Assembly (NCBI RefSeq): GCF_009914755.1
Contig: NC_060936.1
From: the human T2T-CHM13v2.0 reference genome, Homo sapiens
Direction: 5' to 3' (one strand)
DNA: 64,000 nucleotides
Shown piece by piece: positions 32,719-51,177 of this stretch; position 1 is the first letter of the stretch, and each line of letters begins with the position of its first letter. Both the position numbers and the translations under genes were made by a program. The notes under the pieces were generated by a model. It saw only the letters and a program-made list of their open reading frames with translations. It did not search any database and was not told the origin of the DNA.

Positions 32719-35061
32719 CTTCCCAGCAGATGCCAGGACAAGGGCAGCTGAAGACCCACAATGCTAGTTCATTGTGAGGGTTAGTCATCTCCCCTTGGTG
32801 TGACTCCCAACAGTCAAGGACTTTGGCTGAGCTGAAGACCGTCTTCGAGAAGGAATGTGCACCTGAGACGCACTGTAACTCCCACTGATGGGGCAGGCAG
32901 CATTTCGTGGGTATTTCCCCACAAGCTTCTCTTGAGTAAGAAGTTTTTAGTCATAAGAATGAAGATGACCCAGTCATTCAGATGCAGGAGCAAGGCAGGG
33001 CCCATCCTCCTCCTCCCCACAGTGTAACTCATGTGTCACCCAGGCACGCCTGAACCCACAACTGCTAGCCAGCAGATCCTCAGGGCTGGGAAGGGATGAG
33101 CTCTTGCTTTAGATCATGTGTTTGGGTTGGGATTAGCAGATGAACAAGCAGTTTTCCCCTGAGCTCATCCAGAAATGGAGGGTATAGTCTGGGAGCATTC
33201 TTTCTCTTTCTCCCTCACTCCTCATATTTTCACATCACTTCAGTGGCCCCAGCATCCTGCTTCCCCAGAACACACCCCTGCCCTGAACTCGCCAGACCTC
33301 TTCCTGCCAGCTGGGCCAGCCTGGAAACAGGAGAGACCTTGATGGCAGAGGGATAAAGCTGCAGAAGTCCCTGCAACCATAACACGAGTGGAGGGTGAAC
33401 ATCTGCAGAAACCCAGAGACAGATCCCCTGCTGAGGCCTCTGCGCCGGCACTCCTCAAAGTCTATGCCAGAAAGTGACTACAGGAGAAATGTGGGCAGAA
33501 TGAGAAAACCTGGGCCTGTGAGACAGGGGAGCTCTCTGTTCTGATCCTGCCTGCGGAACAACCAGCTCTGTGACTTCAGACTCGGAGCGCTCTTTCCCTA
33601 TCTGTGAAATGGGGTCATGGAGCTGGCCTCTCAGGAGGTTCTTAGAAGGTTCAGATGAAATCACGCCTGTGGGACACTCAGTAAGCCGAAAGGGCCCACA
33701 CAAAGCATAATCATGTAAGAAAAGCACTCTCACCCCACACCTGCATTTCAGCGTGCAGCCCCTGATCCCACCCCTCCCCAGGCCTGTTACAGAAACACTC
33801 GTGCATAGCGTGGGTGGCCACCTTCGGTGAAGCCCATATTCGTGGGTGGTGCTCTGTGTTCTGTGTCTGCGTGGCTGTCTGTGTCTCTGCTGGTGCTCAC
33901 GTAGGGGTTCCTCTGTGACACTTCTGCCTACTGTCGACTCTTGGCTCCCAGGGGTCGGGGACTGTCAGGCTAATTCCGTCTAAGCAGTGCCCAGCGCAGC
34001 ATCCTGGGGACATCGTGGTGAAGCTGTTGAGGGAAAGGGGAGCTCAGTGGAAATCCGTGGCACACTGGGGTCCTAGTCTTAGCCTTGCCACTACTTGCTA
34101 AGTGAGCCTTGATCAGCCATTTGACCAGTGTGGGTCCCATTTTCCTCACTTGAAGGGAGGATGAGGTGATCTCAAAAGCCTCTTTCGCTTCCAGTGGTCT
34201 ACGGTTCTGGTTTGTGACTAACAGTGGTTTGGTTCCACTTATCCAAAGCCCAGCAATCTCCTCTGAGATGGGAGTCCCAGCCCTCGGGAGTGTCAGCAGT
34301 GGCCGGCCGCCGGACTGATTCTCCCCGGCCCTCACCCTGGTGCAGCCCCTTGCCTCCTGACTTGTGAATGCGCGTGCACCCCCCAGTTTCCTGTTCCCTC
34401 CCTCCCTCTCGCCATGGTTTGGCTTTTTGCCTTCCCAGGTGCGTGTAAGCCAACCTGGTCCAGAGCCTTCAGGGTACAGACAGCGTCAGCCACACGCAGC
34501 CTCCCGGTGACTCCAGTAATAGCAGGGCCTCTGATCTTGTATCTCCAGTGGTTTATACCTTTGTTTGACAGACATCACATCCCAGGCCCACTCTTTCCTG
34601 CCTCTCTCAGCTCCGGCTCTATCCAGCAACCCAGTGATCAGTGGTAGGGGGTCCCCACCCATTAGTAAGCCTCTGCTGTTCCCCGGGCTCAGGGCACAGA
34701 AACTGAGCAGGAAGGGAAGAGTGTACCGCCTGTCACGACCATCTCTCCACGGCAGCTCTCGGGATAAATTGGCCTCCAGAGGCAGCCGGGGGAGAACGAG
34801 CTGGTAGTGGGAGGCCCGTGGTCCAGGCTCACCTGGACTGGCTCCTTCTCTGGTTTCTGGAAGGCGGTGACTGCTGATGGGATGTAAGCTCATCTCCTCT
34901 CTCTGCCCTGTGGGCCTTGGCCAGTCTGCAGCTATCTCCTGCCCCCAGCCCAGCCCTCTTCCCACCCACCCTCTGAAGAGAGGTGAGAAGGGAAGACGGT
35001 TCCCTCCATTAACCTCCCAAATCTTTTAGGTGTATGAGGTTTCCAGGTTACGCTGACCTGA

Positions 35062-35220
<159 letters not shown>

Positions 35221-36138
35221 TGATGCCTTAACAAAGGTCCGCAGGTGCTCTGCCCAGTTGCCTTAAGGGTAACCTCTGCTACTCTGGGAGGAGAGGCAGA
35301 GGATAAACAGCCCCCAGAGTCCTAGTCTGGCCTCAGGACCTCCTAGCTGAGCCTTAGAGATGTCCATCCAGCCTCCTCAAAGCCAGTAAAAGGAAACTTT
35401 TACTGGGGCTGCCACTGGGCCTGGTTTTCTGGTGTCTGCCCTCGTTCCCTAGTTCAGTTTGCCCGTGCCGGAACCACTCCGGGCCTGCGACCTCCATCAC
35501 CAGTGGCATGTGGTGCCTCTCACTAGGGTGAGGGCTGGGCTGTGCTGTGCTTGCTGCTGAGATCAGAGGTGACGAGGTGGATGGACACCCCTCCCTGCCC
35601 GTAGCTGGGAGTACAGACTTGTGGTGGAGCATTTGCCTGCAGTGCTTCTTGAACCAATGGTCCCTAAGGAGGCAGATTAGAGAAACTGGGGTCTAATTCA
35701 TTCAGGAGCCCCAAGGCTGAGCCTAGAACAGACATGGATTCCAGAGCTGGACCAGAGCCAAACTGAACCTGTGGACCTGCACAATAGGGAGGGTTTGGTG
35801 GTGTCCCTGAGGGGCTCCCACTTGTTGGAACCCAAATCTATACAGCTGGGGGATAAGGAGGAAGAGGGAGCCAAGGTCCCTGCCCTCAAGAGGTCCTGAC
35901 CTAAAGAGGGTAAACTGCTTTCCCATATGGGGAGGACAGAAAATTCAGAAAAGTGAAGGAACCCGAGGAGCAGGCGCTGATGAAACTATGGAGATGTATT
36001 CCCAGGACATGGTGTGAATGACAGACGGCAGCGTGCTCCGAGCCGACGCCTCCTGGGAGCAGGCACTGTGCCTCCTGTCCTGCCCGTAGCTTCTCATCCT
36101 AATATTCCTACCAACTTCGTTCTTCATTCTTCCCCTAG

Positions 36139-36393
<255 letters not shown>

Positions 36394-37202
36394 TGAATTA
36401 AAAAAATTTTTAAATTATTTATTCAGTTAGTTTTTTGTTGTTGTTGTTTTTAGAGAAGGGGTCTCACTATGTCGGCCAGGCTAGTCTCAAACTTCTGGGC
36501 TCAAGCGATCCTCCAGCTTCAGCCTCCTGACTAGCTGGGATTACAGGTGGGCATTACTACACCTAGTTTAGTGATTTCATGAAAATTTTTCACTCCACGC
36601 GTTCCAGGTTGATTCAATTTCTCTCTTTAGAGAAGGAACAATCACATTTGCCAGAGGCCTACTGTGTGGCAGGCTTTGTGGATCATGTCATCTCAGCTTT
36701 GCGACCCTGTGGAATAGTATCATTATCCTCATTTTATAGGTGGAAAAACAAGGCTCAGGAAAGCTACAAGACTTTCATGGCCATGCCAATCCCCAGTCTT
36801 AAAGATAAGCATCCCAAACTGTCTTTCTTGGGCCACTATCTTAAATCCCATAAGATATTCCAGGAAGAAAAGAGTCCATTGTTAAATAAGCTTTTAAAAC
36901 TATAATATACTACCTTGCCTTCCTGGAAATGTACATTAGCATATGAAAGAGTATGAGAAGTTCTGCAGCCATCTGTTTAACTTGGTTTAGCTCAGCATGT
37001 CTCAAACTGAATTGCTTTTTTCCATGAAATGCCTATTATACTCTATGAAACTAGTGCTCGAGGATCCATAGAAATGCTGTAACGAACATGCACTGGGAAA
37101 CTCTGCTTTAGAAAACTTACAGGAAGCAGTTAAATGAATAAAAGTTATCAGAACCATCATAATATCTTTCATTTTTACAGGCTTTGATAGATTGTGTGTC
37201 AT

Positions 37203-37526
<324 letters not shown>

Positions 37527-38195
37527 TAACATACACAAGATTACCTTGAGTAAATAAATCGTTATGTCAAGATTTCCGAGTAGCACGGTGCTTTGGGGAT
37601 GAAAATTTTAAATTTGAGTTTCCTATTTTACAACTTGTTTAGAACCCAGCGTCTTTAGTCTCGAGGCCCTGCGGACACAGATTACTTTTCTTGGCTGGGT
37701 GGTACGGGCTAGCTCATTGTCTTCATCCATACCTATCATAGGTGGAGCTCTTCAGCCTGGGTGGTTTTATTTGGAATCCACCCACTTGCTCTGGGGCAGG
37801 AGTGAAGGAGGCAGTATTGTACTGAATGTGACGTTAGTTATCCACACTGTGAAACTACCTCCTTTTAAAGCCCTGGGAGAGGATGGATTACAATGCTGGC
37901 ACACCTGCACTAGATGACATCACCAGGTAATTATGCCCCGCCCTACCTGGAGATAGTACTTTGAAAAGAACTTGCTTTACAGATCATTTGGTCTGGTGAT
38001 CCAGCCTTCTCTCCTTTAAGGATAGCATGGATCCTTTTTCTTAATAAACCAATTATTTTGAAAGCTTATAGCGCCATAACATTCTACATTTATTAATAAT
38101 TAATTTATCCACTTGTTTTTGCCAATCAAGGCCATATGTATAAACATATAATGAAACAAAAACAGTGAACAAATAGTAAACAGTGATCAAAATTG

Positions 38196-38500
38196 GGCTG
38201 GGCTTGGTGGCTCAAGCCTGGAATCCTAGAACTTTGGGAAGCCGAGGTGGGAGGATTGCTTGAGCCCAGGAGTTCCAGACCAGCCTGGGCAACATGGTGA
38301 GACCTTGTCTCTACAAATAATAAAAAAAAAATAGCTAGCCGTGGTGATGCACGCCTGTGGTCCCAGCTACTTGGGGGGCTGAGGCGGGAGGATTGCTTGA
38401 GTGTAGGCAGTTAAGGCTTCAGTGAGCCGAGATTGTGCCACTGCACTCCAGCCTGAGTGACAGAGTTGAGAACCCCATCTCAAAAAAAAAAAAAAAAAAG
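38196..38500 (+). mobile_element. AluJ
   Basis: Full dimer with poly-A. Confidence 0.85.
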
Positions 38501-39549
38501 AAATATTGGCTATTTTAGTAAGTGTGTATGGCCTTTTGGTGGTAAATGACTGATTTCCATTTTTAAATACTAAAAATAGCTTACAAAATATTCATTACAG
38601 TCTTCATGGATGTTCAGGGGTTCACTGATCCAATCCTCTTATTTTATCAATGAGGAGAATAAGGAAGGAAGGTCCTGGAGAGGCCAAACCACACGCAGTC
38701 ACACAGCTGCATTATGGTGCCAGCTGGCATCCAGCCCAGCCTTGCAGTCTCGCCACATTCTGGGGACTTCTGTTCCCATCCCCTTGCCTGTCCTTGGCCA
38801 GCAGGAAGTTCCCAGGTTAATAATACACATCGTTTATTGAGCATCTACTACTGTCCGGGAGCTGTCAGGTTGTTCTGTTATCCCTCTTCCAGATAATGGC
38901 TCAGAGAGGTCAGCTCAGGGTCACAGAGTTAGTGCAGGGCCCTGCTAAAGGTGAGCAAGGGCAGGAGATGAGAAAGATGACGATGGCCCCCTCTTTCACT
39001 GTTTCCCTGCCCCGAGCTTTGGCTGGCAGCCCAGGGTCTCTGAGGCCAGAAGTCACTCCGGAGACTCAGCAGCCTCAGACGTTTTACTTGGTGCACCAGA
39101 GGCTGACTGATCAGATTGGATGGCTAGGGGCCTGGGCTTCATGGAGTGACTGTTTCAAAACTTGTTCACACCAACACTGATCACAAGACGCTCATTAACA
39201 AACCCCAGTGCCAATCTGTTCATGTGTTGGTAAATACACTGCTCCATTCACCAAAATGCTATGTCTGCCAGCCAGGCCACTCCCCAAACCCAAGATAGTT
39301 ACAAGAAAGAAATTTGGTGAGTACAAAGTCAGATCAAAGCAAGTGAGATCAGAGTTCTCGTGGGTTGTTCACACAGGCTTTGAGAAGGCAGTGTCTCTCT
39401 TTTGTGGACAGAGCTGTGACACAGACTCCTTCCTGTTCTCAGCCTTTCCTTTAAAAAAAAAAAAAAAAAAAAAAGAAACAGCTTTATTGAACTGTAATTC
39501 ACATACCATACACTTCACCCATACACTTCGTTTAAAGTGTACAATTCAA

Positions 39550-40240
<691 letters not shown>

Positions 40241-40567
40241 TCAGTGCTAATAGAATGGAGGAAGATACTGTTCTGGGCTTAGCTCCTCCAAGCGTTTGTT
40301 CATTTAAATAATTAGGATGTGCAGGGAACACAGGGGAGGGAGCTGTTCCCTCTGCCTGGGGACGTCATAGAAGGCCTCGGAGAGAACTATTTGAGAAGAG
40401 CTTTGAAGGATGAGCAGGAGTTTGCCACGTAAGGAAGAAATGAATGGGCCTTCTAATCAGGAAATTGCATTTGTAAAAGCATGGAGAAGGGAAACAGCAT
40501 GACGATTTTGGCAAAGACAGGGTTTTGATGTGGGTGGAGCAAAGGTGTATGGCAGGGAGTGGTGTGA

Positions 40568-40960
<393 letters not shown>

Positions 40961-43217
40961 AGCTTCGGAGGTTTTAAGCAGCAGAGTGACTTGGTCAGAT
41001 CCGAGCTTTAGAACGAGAGTTCTGGAAGCGGTGAGGACTCCGTGTGGGGGAGAAGCTGAGATCCAGTTGGAGGCTCTGCTGCGGCCCAGTGAGGGCCCGG
41101 CAGGGCCGGTGGATATTCCTGTGTGACCCACACCCCTGCACGATGCCCTCCCCTCTCCCAAGGGTTACTTGCTGTGTGTCCTTGGGGAGTCAGTTTACCT
41201 CTCTGAGCTTCAATGTCCTCACCCTTAAAATGAGAGGGTTCCAACAGATATCTTCTCCAGCACTTCTGACTTTGGAAGTTTCAAAACCACCATTGGCCAT
41301 AGACATGCTCTGGTGCTTGGAGTGACCAGTGCCCCTCCCTGGGCCTTAGTCACTGCTGGACAATGGAGCGAGTGGGCAGAGGGCAGGGCTGGTGTGCTGG
41401 AGTCCCACGTCCCTGCCAGATACAAAGTCTCCAAGACTCAGAGGGACACAAATCCTTGGGGGACGGGGTGGTTCTCATCCCAGGCCCAGGGAGGAAGAGG
41501 GTGCCTTCTGGCCCCTCAGAGACCCCCACCTACAGCCTGAGAGTGGGGTGAAGCATGGTTTGAGGGCTAGCCTAGTGCTGCACAAGGGCCTGGGCTTAGC
41601 CAGGTAGCTCCTCTTCCCACACTCCCAGCCTCTCTGCCTGGGGCTGCCTGCATCATCTGATGATCCCTTTGCTCAGGCAAGAAAGGCCCTGAGGGTGAGG
41701 CAGGAGTGGCCAGCCAGTGCCTCCCTCGGCCCTCCTCTCCCTGCCCAGTCCTCCCCCTCACCCCCCCCACCCCCCCCCCACCCCCCGGCCTCTGGCCTCC
41801 AGGCTGAACACAACAGGCTTCTCTGGTGGCATGCCCTCCCCCACTGCCCTCCCTCCTGGGATCTGTATCTCCTAGGGAGGGGGCAGAAAGAAGCCTTTGG
41901 AGGAGACAGCTGAGTCTTATAAACTGAACTTGAGGATTTTCCCCCAAAGTAGCACAATGTCCCCATTCTTTCCTTCCTTGAAGCCTTAACCCGCCACCCA
42001 CCTACCCAGCCTACTTTCCCTCTCCCATCCGTTCCAGTCTCCCACTTCTGTTTCTGTGAGTAACGGCTGCTTCCCAAGGCCCACATTCCTGGCATTGACC
42101 AGGCCAGTGTGCCCCATTAGCGCCACACTCTGCTGCAGGGCAGGGAGAGACAGGTTCTCCTGCGTCTTTCTGGATCCAGCATTGAGGCAGTGTTCCCCAG
42201 AGGCTGCGCCCACCCCACCAGCCACACCTGGGACCTCGGGCACTCCTGTTGAGGAGTTATTCCCTGCCCCCTCCTCTCCCTGCCTGCCCATCCTCCCTCC
42301 TACAGATCTCTTGTAGAACTTGTGCCACTTCTTCTTATCTGGGTGTCCCCTCAGAGCTCCTAAGGGCAGCCCAGATTTTGCTATCTCGTGGGCATGGCGG
42401 GGAGGCCAGGGCAGGCTGCTGGTAGGGAGTCACCAGGCCCCACCTCCCACAACCTGGACAGAAGCCCTGGGGGAGGGGAGGACATGGGGTGATCCGAGGC
42501 CCACTGTCAGGATGATTGGCACAAAGTCCCCACACTTCCCCTCTCCTCTCAAATTTCCAGCCCTGCCACCCACTCAGAGTGCTGGCTCCTGCCTTCCCCC
42601 TTTCTGGGGAAGGGAGCCCTCTGCTCAGGGCCTCCAAGCCCAGTCCTGCAGAGGAGAAAGGGGTTCCAACCCAACTGGCACTGCCCCGAGGCTGTCCCAG
42701 GAGCAGCTTGCTCAGAATGAGTCTAGGAGGCCTCAGAGAGCTGTGGGAGACCAAGATGCTGGGAAGCCCAGATGGGCCCCAGCTCACTCCTGCAGTGCCT
42801 CCCAGCTGCTTCCCAAGGGGAGCCAGAAGCATGGAGACCACTGGGTAGATAAGGTTTCACCGGCAGACAGCTGTGGCGCTTTCCTCTCCTCAGGATCAGG
42901 GATGGGGAGGGGAGGAGAGCAAGTCTTTCCTGAAACCCCAGCCGGCTCCTCCTAGTTCCCTGTCCTCTCAGCTATTCTGTCACAACCATTGTCCCCGTTG
43001 CCTGGGGAATGAACACCAGCCCCCTTCCTGCATGGGAGGTCCAGGGAGAGTATGTGTGTGTGTGTGCATGGCCAGAGCAGACCTTGTCCCCAAGGCCAGG
43101 CCATGGGGTGAACATCAGCACCAGGTTCCTGAAAGAAGTGCTGGGTGCTGGGCTGGGAATGGGATAGAGTGGGCCGGACCCGCACAGTGAGAGGAGCACC
43201 GGCCCCTTTCTGCCCAG

Positions 43218-44404
<1,187 letters not shown>

Positions 44405-44842
44405 TGAGGGCTGCCTTGCCCACCTCCCTCCACACCTGCCTCCTCTGCCCACTTCTGTCTCTCATCTTTCCTTACATCTTTTCTGGTCCATATTTTCTCC
44501 TTTATCTCTTGAGCTCTCTTTTTGTCTGCCCATAATAGTTCCCTTGTTTCCTTCCTAGGGATCCTTTCAATTTCATCCCCTGCATCATTTCAGTTTCAGG
44601 CTCTCTGGCTCACAATATAGTGTACCCAGGGCCACCATGTACAGTTGTGCTGGTTGTGCACTGTACAAGGTCTCCTGGACAAAGAGGCAAATGGGAACTG
44701 AAATTGAGCCTGCACTCCACTCACAAAGCCACAGCCCTGGTCCCTCCTGTCATAGTCCCCTCCTGGTCTTCCCGCCAACCCTGGCGGGAAGTTTCCTTTT
44801 CCCTCTTCTGGGTAACTGTTTCCTTCCCCTTTCTTGGCATAG

Positions 44843-44971
<129 letters not shown>

Positions 44972-45247
44972 TAGAGTTCTGCATCGGACCCAAAGAACAT
45001 AAGATAAGGTTATAGGTAGACTGGACTAACTTCCTGTTAGTCCACCCTCAGGAAGAGAGGGGAAATTGAGTCATATTGCGGTCTTGTCCAACTCCCACAG
45101 GCTGCTGCTTTGCTCCCTGGTTTGCAGCCTGGAACCAGCTCATCTCTCCATATAAGTCTTCTCCATCTTCACACTGTCTCCCAGGATGTAGAAACCCCCA
45201 CTTTACAGAGAGGGAAGCCACAGCATCAAGCACTGAAGGGAATTTAA

Positions 45248-45511
<264 letters not shown>

Positions 45512-45596
45512 TAGCATCTCTGGTGTGACAGCGGGGAAGAAGGGGTGGAAAAGAAGTCTCCTCCCTCACCCCTACCCCTCTACAAAGGGATAAACT

Positions 45597-46280
45597 GAGG
45601 ATGGGGAGGAGTGAGGAGTGGGGAGGAGCGAGGTGTGGGGAGGAGTGAGGAGTGGGGAGGAGTGAGGAGTGGGGAGGAGCGAGATGTGGGGAGGAGCGAG
45701 GAGTGGGGAGGAGTGAGGAGTGGGGAGGTGAGAGGAGTGGGGAGGTAAGAGGAATGGGGAGGAGCGAGGAGTGGGGAGGAGAGAGGAGTGGGGAGGTGAG
45801 GAGTGGGGAGGAGCGAGGAGTGGGGAGGTGAGAGGAGTGGGGAGGTGCGAGGAGTGGGGAGGTGAGAGGAGTGGGGAGGTGCGAGGAGTGGGGAGGTGAG
45901 AGGAGTGGGGAGGTGCGAGGAGTGGGGAGGTGAGAGGAGTGGGGAGATGAGAGGAGTGGGGAGGTGAGAGGAGTGGGGAAGAGTGAGGAATGGGGAGGAG
46001 TGAGGAGTAGGGAGGAGTGAAGAGTGGGGAGGAGTTGGGAGTTAGGGTGGGGAGTTGTGGGAAAGTGGGGAGTGAGAAGGAGGGAAAAGCGGGAAGGAGT
46101 CGGGAAGAGGGAAGAGGAGGGGGGAATGAGAAAGAGGGAGCAGTGAGAAGTGGGCAGGGGGTGTGGGAGGAGGGAGGAGGGGGTGTGGGAGGAGGGGAGT
46201 GGGGAGGTGGGGGAGAGGAGTAAGGAGTGGGGAGGTGGGAGGAGTGGGGCAGAGAGTGCGGACAGGGAGGAGTGGGGAGC
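45597..46280. repeat. G/A-rich 17-bp-unit repeat decaying into polypurine low-complexity sequence
   Basis: GAGGAGTGGGGAGGAGT / GAGGAGTGGGGAGGTGA units to about 46030, degenerate after. Confidence 0.9.
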
Positions 46281-46611
46281 GAGTCTGAGGCTGGGGAAGG
46301 ACCACAGCGATTCGGCTTGGGACACCCAGCGCAGCATCTCTGGGGCCCTCTGGCCTTGGCCGGGTGCTGACTCGCGCTGCAGGTCATCCGGCTGCTCCGG
46401 GCTCCTGGCAAGGCGGGCTGCCTCCTGCGTGGGCAACGCTCACTCCTTCACTCCCTTCTGTTTTCTCTCCTACCTCTCTCACCTTCATTCCGCCCGTCTT
46501 CCTCCCTTTTTCTCTCACTTCTTGGTTCTCCTTCCTGGTCTCGCACTCACCGCCTCGCGTGCTTCCTGTTTTCTCTGTTCCTCCCTCCTCTTCTCTCTTC
46601 CACACCTCTAG

Positions 46612-46679
46612 ACTGGAAAGGAGTGGACCGCCCCGGGAGAGTTTGGGAAATTTCGGAGCCAAATTTCCAAGCCGGTGAG
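46612..46679 (+). CDS. B4GALNT3: B4GALNT3 exon 7 ([23 protein letters not shown])
   Basis: long pyrimidine tract, ctctag| and AG|gtgagt; 68 nt. Confidence 0.95.
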
Positions 46680-47075
46680 GTGAGTGAGGGTCAGGACAGG
46701 CGCTGTGGGCGCCTCGGTGCCTCGGTGGAGCCCGGCTGCGCCCCTGTCCGCCAGCCCAGCTGCCGACTCCAGAGCTTCCGTGTGTCCGGCACCCACACGC
46801 TCCCGGCAACCGGGTCTTTGGCTCAGAAGCCGCGAGCCCATCCGTCCTCGTTTCACAGATGGGGAAACTGAGGCCCAGAAGGCCGTGACTTATTGCAGGT
46901 CACGCAGCTCTTTAGTGACACGCGGGACTGGAAAATAGGTCTCCTTCCTCCCAGTCCTTGCCCTCCCCCGTTTCTCCACACCCACAACAGCCTGGACCCC
47001 GGACCGAGGTCCCCCTCGGTCGTCTGGGGACACGAGTCCCTTTCCCTTGCGGGGAGGGAGCGTAGCGCGGCCTCA

Positions 47076-47094
47076 GAGCGCCCCCTGGTGGCCC
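47076..47094 (-). promoter_or_regulatory. CTCF binding motif
   Basis: Minus strand GGGCCACCAGGGGGCGCTC against the consensus TGGCCACCAGGGGGCGCTA (17/19). Confidence 0.85.
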
Positions 47095-47184
47095 ACGCGC
47101 GCTCACGCAGGCGGGAAGAGCGGGCGTTGCTGGGCGTTGCTGGACGTTGCTGGAAACGCTGGGAAGGACGGGCGTGGGGGTGAG

Positions 47185-47468
47185 GAGAGGTGGGGTGCAG
47201 ACACAGCTAGATGGAAGGAATACGTTCTGATGCTCGACAGCACAGTAGGGTGACTGTAGTAACAACAATGGATTGTGTATTTTCAAACAACTAGAGAAAA
47301 AGATTTGGAATATTCCCAAAACATAGAATGCCAAGTGCTCCAGGTGGGTGAAGGGATCCTAAATCCCCTAGCTTGATCCTCACTCATCCTACGCATGCAA
47401 CAGAAGGCCGTGTGCACCCCATAAATATGCACAAGGGTTACGTATCAATAAAAATAAATTTTAAAATT
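47185..47468 (+). mobile_element. L1MA-like 3' end fragment with its AATAAA
   Basis: cagcacagtagggtgactgtagt...caccccataaatatgcacaa...tcaataaaaataaa. Confidence 0.65.
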
Positions 47469-47906
47469 TTAAGGAGACAATCTTGCTTGCAAAGAGCACT
47501 CGCGTGCCAGCTGCCGTGGTGGGTACGCCGTGTGCAGCTCCGCAGAGCAGCTGGTGCGTGGTCCCTGGGGCAAGTCGGCCGGCGGAATCCCACCTCCACC
47601 CCTCATCACTCTGGCAGACTACCCAAGCCTTCTGTGCCTCTGTGTTCTCCTCTACGAACAAGGATTACATGAGGTCACATATTGAAAGCATTTAGAACAG
47701 TGTCTGCCACAGTCTCTGAGCTCTAACGGCTTCTGTTACTGTTCTTTGGGTTCTTCCGATCATCCTGTGGAGGAGGTACTCTGATTATGCCCATCTCACC
47801 AAGAGAAAACAGCTCACACTGTTAGCAAGTGATAGAGTGGGGGCTCGAACCTAGGCAGTTAACTCCTGGCATTCTAAGAGCAAGGAGAAGGGATGAGGGA
47901 GTGTAA

Positions 47907-48449
<543 letters not shown>

Positions 48450-48583
48450 TGACCCCTTTGAGAACCTGCTAGAAGCTCTCTGAGCCCTTGCCTCAGAAAA
48501 ATGCCCTTGTCTACCCACCCACACACAACATTTTGAATACAACTTCAAGGGAGTCCAGAGACTGTGAGCTCACACCAGATCTA

Positions 48584-48896
<313 letters not shown>

Positions 48897-49568
48897 CCCT
48901 CTGAGCGAGTCCAATCCCCTATTTTCCAGATGAGGTAACCACGGTTCTTGCAAAGCCATGGCCAGGGCAGAGGAAACCTGTTCACCTGCCTTCAGTGCAC
49001 AGGAAGCGACCTCTTTCTTCAATGGCATTTTCCATTTCATATCATTTCCTCAGTGAGACTCCCATCCTCAGGCCCCGTTGAAAAACATGCCATCCATAGG
49101 CCTCCGTGGCAGGTGTAGACAGATGCATGAACCCGGGAGACAGAGAGCAAAGAAGCAGCCAGCCCCCCACCCCCCTTCTCTGTGGCTGCTTTAACCTGGA
49201 TGCTGAAACTAGATCACCTGGCTTCAAACTCAGCTTGGCCACCCGTCTGTTGTATGATGTTGGGCAAATGACTTAGATTCTCTATGCCAAAGTTCCTTAT
49301 CTGTAAACTGGGAATGATCGTAGTACAGAAGGCATGTGGTGCTTTTGGAGATTAGAAGGGTTCATATTTGGGATATTCTTAGAGCAGGGCCTGGCTTATT
49401 ATTAAGTGCTCTGTAAGCGTTCAATAAATTAGGCGTACTTAATGCCACATTTCTAGCAGTCCGCAGTAACACATTTTGAGAAAGAGGTGTCTTTTTCCGA
49501 GTACGCAACACAGTCGTGTGGGTCAGCCGTGGGGCTGGCAGAGGGGGCCGAAGGCAGATGAATCGTGA

Positions 49569-50012
<444 letters not shown>

Positions 50013-50285
50013 TAGAACATGCATACAGAAAAGAGAGCATGTAAATAAGTATAAAATATTTACGTGTAATTTTACAATTCTGCATATCATTACAGAGTGA
50101 ACGTTTGTGGAACCACCACCCACAACAAGAAATAGAGTTAGAACCCGGAAGTCCCCCACACATCCCTTCCCAATCTCACACGTCCCCGCCTCTTACTGCA
50201 TTCCAACTCTTGTCATCCAAGGAGAGAAATACGTGGACACCACAGTGTTAGAGTCTTAATGCATGATTCCTCTTGGGAGTGTTTA

Positions 50286-50490
<205 letters not shown>

Positions 50491-50649
50491 TTACTCCTCA
50501 CCCCTCTCAAAAAAATGACAACTGACGCTAAGGGGATGTTCAGCCCATGGTAGGAAATCCAGTTATCGGTACTGTACGAGGGAGGGGACCTTCTGGCCTC
50601 TTAGAAGTTTCTAGACCTTATTGAGGCTATCCCTGCACAGTGACTCTAA

Positions 50650-51177
<528 letters not shown>

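Larger units (their letters stand above)
46250..47200. promoter_or_regulatory. Intragenic CpG-rich island spanning exon 7
   Basis: Dense CpGs by eye (cgcgagccc, cgcgggact, cgtagcgcgg, cacgcgcgctcacgc); obs/exp ratio not computed. Confidence 0.7.
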
